Below, piece after piece: positions 59,184 to 64,000 of a stretch of DNA of 64,000 nucleotides. Source of the stretch: Methylocella sp. (lineage in GTDB: Bacteria > Pseudomonadota > Alphaproteobacteria > Rhizobiales > Beijerinckiaceae). Under the pieces are notes generated by a model, which ran no database searches, had not been told where the DNA came from, and was given only the letters and a program-made list of their open reading frames with translations. Each line of letters begins with the position of its first letter. Position 1 is the first letter of the stretch. The translations under genes and the position numbers were made by a program. The stretch spans positions 728 to 64,727 of the forward strand of contig DASRYK010000074.1 of NCBI GenBank assembly GCA_035687205.1, read 5' to 3'.

Positions 59184-60116
59184 ATGACTCATGTCGCGAC
59201 GCTGATCTGCAATCCGGCATTTCCCATAGTGACACAAGAGACAATCCGCCGCGTGATGGGAAGCTTGACCTTGCCGTCAGAGGTGCGGTGGCTGAGCCCT
59301 GGCGTAGCGGCGGACATTTCCTTCAAGCCCCGGGCGGGCTTCGATGCTGCCGTAGCGTCGGAAGAGATCCGCGCTCTTCTAGGGGGCGCGGCCGTCGATG
59401 TCATCGTTCAGAGGCAGGAGGGCCGGCGCAAGAAGCTGTTGCTGGCCGATATGGATTCAACCATGATCGGGCAGGAATGTATCGACGAGCTTGCGGCTGA
59501 GACGGGCAAGAGGGCCGAGATCTCGGCCATTACCGGACGCGCCATGCGGGGAGAAATCGCTTTTGAGCCAGCTCTGCGCGAGCGCGTTGCCCTTTTAAAA
59601 GGTCTCGGCCGTTCCGTTGTTTCGCAAGTGCTTGCTAAGAGAGTTACATTGACGCCAGGCGCATGCGCCCTTGTTCAGACAATGCGCGCCAACGGAGCCT
59701 ATACGGCGCTTATCTCAGGGGGATTTTCCATTTTCGCCTCTGCCGTTGCGCAAATTCTTGGCTTTGATGAATATCAGGCAAATGAGCTTCTATTTGACGA
59801 AGATGAGCGAGTGAGCGGCGTTGCAGAACCTGTGCTCGGCGCCGGGGCAAAGCGCGAAGCGCTCCTGCGGCTCTGCGCAGAGCACAGCCTTTCGAGCAGC
59901 GAGACTCTCGCCGTCGGGGATGGCGCCAACGATCTCTCCATGCTCACCGCGGCGGGTCTCGGGGTTGCTTATCACGCCAAGCCGAAAGTTGCCGCCGCCG
60001 CGCAGGCGCGTGTCGATTACAGCGATCTTACGGCGCTGCTTTATGCGCAAGGCTACGAGCGCGCCGAATTTGCTGCTTGCCCAAGCCCTTCTGCCGTGCG
60101 GGCAGGAGCGTCTTGA
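59184..60116 (+). CDS. serB: Phosphoserine phosphatase
   Basis: ADMDSTMIGQECIDELA, TGRAMRGEI.F..ALRERV, ISGGF, GDGANDL.ML, AKPKV. Confidence 0.96.
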   Translation: MTHVATLICNPAFPIVTQETIRRVMGSLTLPSEVRWLSPGVAADISFKPRAGFDAAVASEEIRALLGGAAVDVIVQRQEGRRKKLLLADMDSTMIGQECIDELAAETGKRAEISAITGRAMRGEIAFEPALRERVALLKGLGRSVVSQVLAKRVTLTPGACALVQTMRANGAYTALISGGFSIFASAVAQILGFDEYQANELLFDEDERVSGVAEPVLGAGAKREALLRLCAEHSLSSSETLAVGDGANDLSMLTAAGLGVAYHAKPKVAAAAQARVDYSDLTALLYAQGYERAEFAACPSPSAVRAGAS

Positions 60117-60146
60117 AGCTGAGAGCCGTCCTGAGGTGCCCGCGCG

Positions 60147-60911
60147 ATGCGCCGGATCGATCTGAACTGCGATTGCGGCGAGGGGTTTGGCCCCTACCGG
60201 GCGGGCAATGACGCGGCAATGCTCGAGATCGTGACAAGCGCGAATGTCGCCTGCGGGTTTCACGGCGGCGATCCGGAGATCATGGCGCAGACCTTCAAAA
60301 TGGCAAAGGCGAGGGGGGTTGTTGTTGGCGCGCATCCCGGATTTCCGGACCTTTGGGGCTTCGGCCGCCGGAGGCTTCCCTTTTCGCCGGGCGAGATCGA
60401 GCGGATCGTCGCTTATCAGACTGGCGCGGCGGCCGCTCTTGCCGCTTACTGCGGCACAAGGCTCGCTTATGTGAAGGCGCATGGGGCCCTAAGCAATATC
60501 GCCATGGAGGAGGAAGCGGTCGCCAATGCCGTTGCGCGGGCTGTCAAAGCTGCCGGGCCGGACCTTGCCTTTCTTGCCCCGGCAGGAACGAAGCTTGAGG
60601 CCGCGGGCCTGGCTCAGGGACTGCCGGTTGCCCGCGAGATCTACGCCGATCGCGCCTATACGGAATCTGGCCTTCTTGCGGACCGGTCTTTCCATGGCGC
60701 TGTGCTTCATGACCCTGAGGAAATCGCTGGCCGGGTCCTTGCCATGATCTTGGAAGGAGCAATCATCACGGCGTCGGGCGCGCGCTTGGCCGTAAGTATC
60801 GATTCCGTTTGTGTCCATGGCGACACGCCGGAAGCGGTAAAGATCGCGCGCGCCGTGCGTGCCCGCCTCGAAGAGGCGGGTATGACGCTTGCTCCTTTCG
60901 TGCGGGCATGA
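60147..60911 (+). CDS. pxpA: 5-oxoprolinase subunit A (LamB/YcsF)
   Basis: IDLNCDCGEGFG, SANVACGFHGGD, GAHPGFPD, YVKAHGAL, CVHGD. Confidence 0.93.
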   Translation: MRRIDLNCDCGEGFGPYRAGNDAAMLEIVTSANVACGFHGGDPEIMAQTFKMAKARGVVVGAHPGFPDLWGFGRRRLPFSPGEIERIVAYQTGAAAALAAYCGTRLAYVKAHGALSNIAMEEEAVANAVARAVKAAGPDLAFLAPAGTKLEAAGLAQGLPVAREIYADRAYTESGLLADRSFHGAVLHDPEEIAGRVLAMILEGAIITASGARLAVSIDSVCVHGDTPEAVKIARAVRARLEEAGMTLAPFVRA

Positions 60912-61657
60912 GCGCCGGGCGGGGGATGCCTCTCAAGCCGCGCTATCTGCCCGCAGGCGAATCAGCGCTTACCGTTGAATTCGGAACCCGGATCGATCCT
61001 AGCGTGCATGACTGCGTGCTGGCGCTTGATGCGGCGGTCGCGGCTGCGCAATTGGATGGCGTGATTGAGACGGTGCCAACCTACCGCTCTTTGTTGATTC
61101 ATTTCGATCCCCGCCGTTTGACGACGGAGGCGCTCATCCAAGCTTTGGGTCGGCTTGATATGGCGCAAGCGCCCCCGGCCTCCCAGCGGCGGCGCTGGCG
61201 CATCCCGGTCTGCTACGAAAAGCCGTATGGAGAGGACATAGAAGAAGTCGCGGCACTTCTCGGGATCGATCCGGCGGAGGTCGTCAACCTCCACGCCGGC
61301 GCCAGTTACCGCGTCTACATGTATGGATTTGCGCCGGGATGGACCTTTCTTGGCGGACTGCCCGAGCGCCTTGCGGTTCCGCGCCGGGCGGTGCCCCGTG
61401 CTCCGGCGCAGCCGGGCGCGCTGCTCATCGCGGGCGGCCAGGCGCTGATTGCGGGCTGCGCCATGCCGACAGGCTGGTATGCGGTTGGCCGCACGCCCGT
61501 CAAAATGTTTAACCCCAAGCGTGAGCGTGCTTTCTTCGCGGCGGCGGGCGACGGGATTTGCTTTGAGCGGATCGGCGCGGGCACGTTCGAGGCGCTGAGC
61601 CTTGCGGCGTCTGCGGGAGAGATTGTTGCCTGGGACACTGTCCAGGAGGGGCCGTGA
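60908..61657 (+). CDS. pxpB: 5-oxoprolinase subunit B
   Basis: AGESAL.VEFG, ETVPTYRSL, IPVCY, GFAPG..FLGGL, PTGW..VGRT. Confidence 0.92.
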   Translation: MSAGRGMPLKPRYLPAGESALTVEFGTRIDPSVHDCVLALDAAVAAAQLDGVIETVPTYRSLLIHFDPRRLTTEALIQALGRLDMAQAPPASQRRRWRIPVCYEKPYGEDIEEVAALLGIDPAEVVNLHAGASYRVYMYGFAPGWTFLGGLPERLAVPRRAVPRAPAQPGALLIAGGQALIAGCAMPTGWYAVGRTPVKMFNPKRERAFFAAAGDGICFERIGAGTFEALSLAASAGEIVAWDTVQEGP

Positions 61658-61658
61658 G

Positions 61659-62717
61659 ATGGCGGGCTCGTTACGGGTTTCCTTTGCAGGCCCGGGAGCA
61701 ACGGTCCAGGACGGCGGGCGCCATGGCTATCTGCGCTTTGGGGTGACCCCTGCGGGGCCGATGGACTGGGTTGCGTTCCGGACGGCCAATCTCGCGCTCG
61801 GCAACCTGGCGGATGCAGCGGCCGTCGAGATTGGCGTTGGCGGCATTGATCTCTTTTGCGAAACCGCTCCTGTTGCTGTGGCATTCGCCGGAGGCGCATT
61901 CCTTTGGCGGCGCAATGGCGCCGAGCTTCCTGCAGCGGCGCGGCTTCTCCTTGAGCCTGGAGAAATGCTCACGGCACGGCCGGCTGCCTTTGGCGCCTTC
62001 ACTTATCTCGCTGCGGCAGGCGGCTTCGCCGTTCCTCGCGTCATGGGGAGCCAGGCAACGCATCTGCGCTCGGCCATGGGTGGCATAGAGGGGCGCTGCC
62101 TGCGGGCGGGCGATGCGCTCCCGGTTGCTTCGCAAGCCCCGCCCTGCGCGGGTTTCGAGGCGGAGATCGATGCTCCTTGGCTCGCGCAGGACCCTTCACC
62201 CTTCCGCGTGGTGCTCGGACCGCAGGATGACCATTTCACGCCCGAAGCGCTCAGCATATTTTTTGCGGGCTCTTTCACTCTGACGCCTGCGGCCGACCGC
62301 ATGGCTTACCGCTTCGCAGGGCCGGAGATTGCGCATGCGCGGGGGCATGACATCGTCTCCGACGGTGTTGCGCTTGGGGCGGTTCAGATCCCGGGCGACC
62401 GGCAGCCGCTCATTCTCATGGCCGACCGCCAGCCGACGGGCGGCTATCCAAAACTCGGACATGTCGCCCGCGCCGACATCGGCAGGCTCGCGCAGCTCCG
62501 GCCAGGCGAGAGCTGCCGCTTCCAGGCTGTGAGCCTTGCAAAGGCGCGGGCGGCGCTGTTGGCGCTCGAGGACGAAGCTGCGGGGGTTGCCGGGCATCTG
62601 CGCCCGTTGCGCCGGGCGCTCTCATGCGCGAATTTGCTCAAGGCTAATCTGATTGATGGCATCTGCGATCCTTTCGCAGGAGAAGGAATGGAGGGGAATT
62701 CCAAAAAGCCTGTCTGA
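61659..62717 (+). CDS. pxpC: 5-oxoprolinase subunit C
   Basis: TVQDGGR.GY..FGV..AGPMD, LGPQDD.F, DRMAYR, GAVQIPGD.QP.ILMADRQPTGGYPK. Confidence 0.92.
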   Translation: MAGSLRVSFAGPGATVQDGGRHGYLRFGVTPAGPMDWVAFRTANLALGNLADAAAVEIGVGGIDLFCETAPVAVAFAGGAFLWRRNGAELPAAARLLLEPGEMLTARPAAFGAFTYLAAAGGFAVPRVMGSQATHLRSAMGGIEGRCLRAGDALPVASQAPPCAGFEAEIDAPWLAQDPSPFRVVLGPQDDHFTPEALSIFFAGSFTLTPAADRMAYRFAGPEIAHARGHDIVSDGVALGAVQIPGDRQPLILMADRQPTGGYPKLGHVARADIGRLAQLRPGESCRFQAVSLAKARAALLALEDEAAGVAGHLRPLRRALSCANLLKANLIDGICDPFAGEGMEGNSKKPV

Positions 62718-62781
62718 GAAGCCCCGGCCTTCCATTGTGAGGCGCGCTGTAACGGGAAGGTCAACACGGTTCTTTGCGAAA

Positions 62782-64000
62782 TCATTGGGGTTTGGCGGCG
62801 TCACTCCCGGCAAGGGCCGGATGGACAGGATCCTGAAAGTTTATAGCAAGCGCAGAAGTCTTCGCCGAATAATGCGAAGCATTGCTCCGGCCAGCGCAAG
62901 CATCGCGCGCAAACATGATGAGATGATGGGCGCAAAGCCCAACGCTCAAAACCGGCTCGATCTGCCCGCGCATAAGACGGCGCAGCGTGAATATCCAGAA
63001 ATAATGCTTGTAGTCGCCGCGGATTCCAACGATCCAAATGAGTCTTAGGAGAATTATGAGACCCTTGGCGATGTTGCGCGGCGAAAGGCGCTGCCTGCTC
63101 CAGGGCCGCCTCATTCGATGCGGCCGGGTCGCGCGCATCTGATGCTCATAGCGGGCGAACAAATTGCCTGGTTCATATGCCTTGGCCATGCATCTTTTCC
63201 ACATCGCAAGAACTTCGGCATAGGGAAGCTTGAAATCCACGTTGGACTCACGGCCAGGGTCATCTTCGTGCAGCCGGTTTTCCGTCTTGAGTCTCTCCCA
63301 CAGCGGCGTTCGCGGCAGCGCTTGCAGCAGATTGATCGTGGCCATTGGAATCTTAGACTGCTCAAGGAAATCGAAAATCCGCTCACCCGTGTCTTCCGTG
63401 TCGGTGTCGAGACCTAGAATGATTCCCGAAACGACTTCGATTCCATGCCGGTTGATTGTGCGCACAGCGTCTAGAATGGGAACCATCATATTGTGTGCCT
63501 TGCCGATGATCCTCAAGGCATCTGGCTCTGGCGTCTCGATGCCGCAAAACACTGTGTCGAAAGCCGCCTCGCGCATCATTGCAAGAATGTCCGGGGAGCG
63601 TGCAATATTCAGCGTGGCTTCGCACGAAAGACTGATCGCATAGCCATTGCGTTTCTGCCATGCGATGAGGTGTGGCAGAAGCTCACGGAGCGCGCGCCGG
63701 TTCGCAGCAAAATTGTCATCGACGAAATAGACTGAGCCGTTGACGCCGCAGGCCAGGAGTTTGTCGAGTTCGCCGACAACTTGGTCAGGCGTTTTCAGGC
63801 GCGGAACCCGGCCGTAGAGGCCCGGAATATCGCAGAACTCGCAAGTATAGGGGCAGCCGCTCGAAAACTGAACACTGCCAAGAAAATAGCGGCCGATCTC
63901 GGCGAGCTCATAGGCGGGTGGCGGGAAATCGCGAAGATCGCGGCGGGACCGCGTGTGCAGCACGATTTGCCTAGGAGGCCGCGAGATGTCGCGCTTGAGA
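62782..64000 (-). CDS. hpnP: Cobalamin-dependent radical SAM methyltransferase, HpnP-like (hopanoid C-2 methylase); 5' end outside the window
   Basis: QFSSGCPYTCEFCDIPGLYGR.PRLKTP, YFVDDNF, CEATLN, GIETP, SGIILGLD. Frame is open to the window edge. Confidence 0.75.
   Translation of the reverse strand, partial: LKRDISRPPRQIVLHTRSRRDLRDFPPPAYELAEIGRYFLGSVQFSSGCPYTCEFCDIPGLYGRVPRLKTPDQVVGELDKLLACGVNGSVYFVDDNFAANRRALRELLPHLIAWQKRNGYAISLSCEATLNIARSPDILAMMREAAFDTVFCGIETPEPDALRIIGKAHNMMVPILDAVRTINRHGIEVVSGIILGLDTDTEDTGERIFDFLEQSKIPMATINLLQALPRTPLWERLKTENRLHEDDPGRESNVDFKLPYAEVLAMWKRCMAKAYEPGNLFARYEHQMRATRPHRMRRPWSRQRLSPRNIAKGLIILLRLIWIVGIRGDYKHYFWIFTLRRLMRGQIEPVLSVGLCAHHLIMFARDACAGRSNASHYSAKTSALAINFQDPVHPALAGSDAAKPQ

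Overview
Alphaproteobacterial chromosomal segment (high GC; gene content suggests Hyphomicrobiales, possibly Beijerinckiaceae, by inference) that spans the probable replication origin. The hemE / PPDK-regulator intergenic region at ~48.5-48.86 kb has a perfect DnaA box, and most housekeeping genes point away from it. A consensus parS site lies at 1719, inside a 42-bp perfect palindrome. The window holds a riboswitch-led aerobic cobalamin cluster (cobW-N-G-H-I-J, cobK, cobL) followed by bioB, and a MoxY/MxcQE-like two-component system divergent from a TonB-dependent receptor. It also holds Lhr, sppA-ihfB-lapA-trpF-trpB, a CP-ATP-grasp/alpha-E pair, galE, rho-hemJ-hemE, the maf-aroE-coaE-dnaQ block, thiD, typA, two GT4 paralogs around wcaF, serB, pxpABC and a partial hpnP-like radical SAM gene. 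Decayed DNA includes an MFS pseudogene, an Fe-S oxidoreductase remnant, a HicB fragment, a GNAT toxin-antitoxin pair in decay and an internally deleted IS5-family element. The best candidate for an undescribed system is a P2A-type ATPase with an N-terminal HMA2-like domain, translationally coupled to a MetK paralog. That paralog keeps its ATP/triphosphate/metal residues but has all four methionine-binding residues replaced. A DUF5132-like/HMA2-like gene pair at the start of the window may belong to the same system. All family assignments come from motif recognition by eye; no database searches were run.
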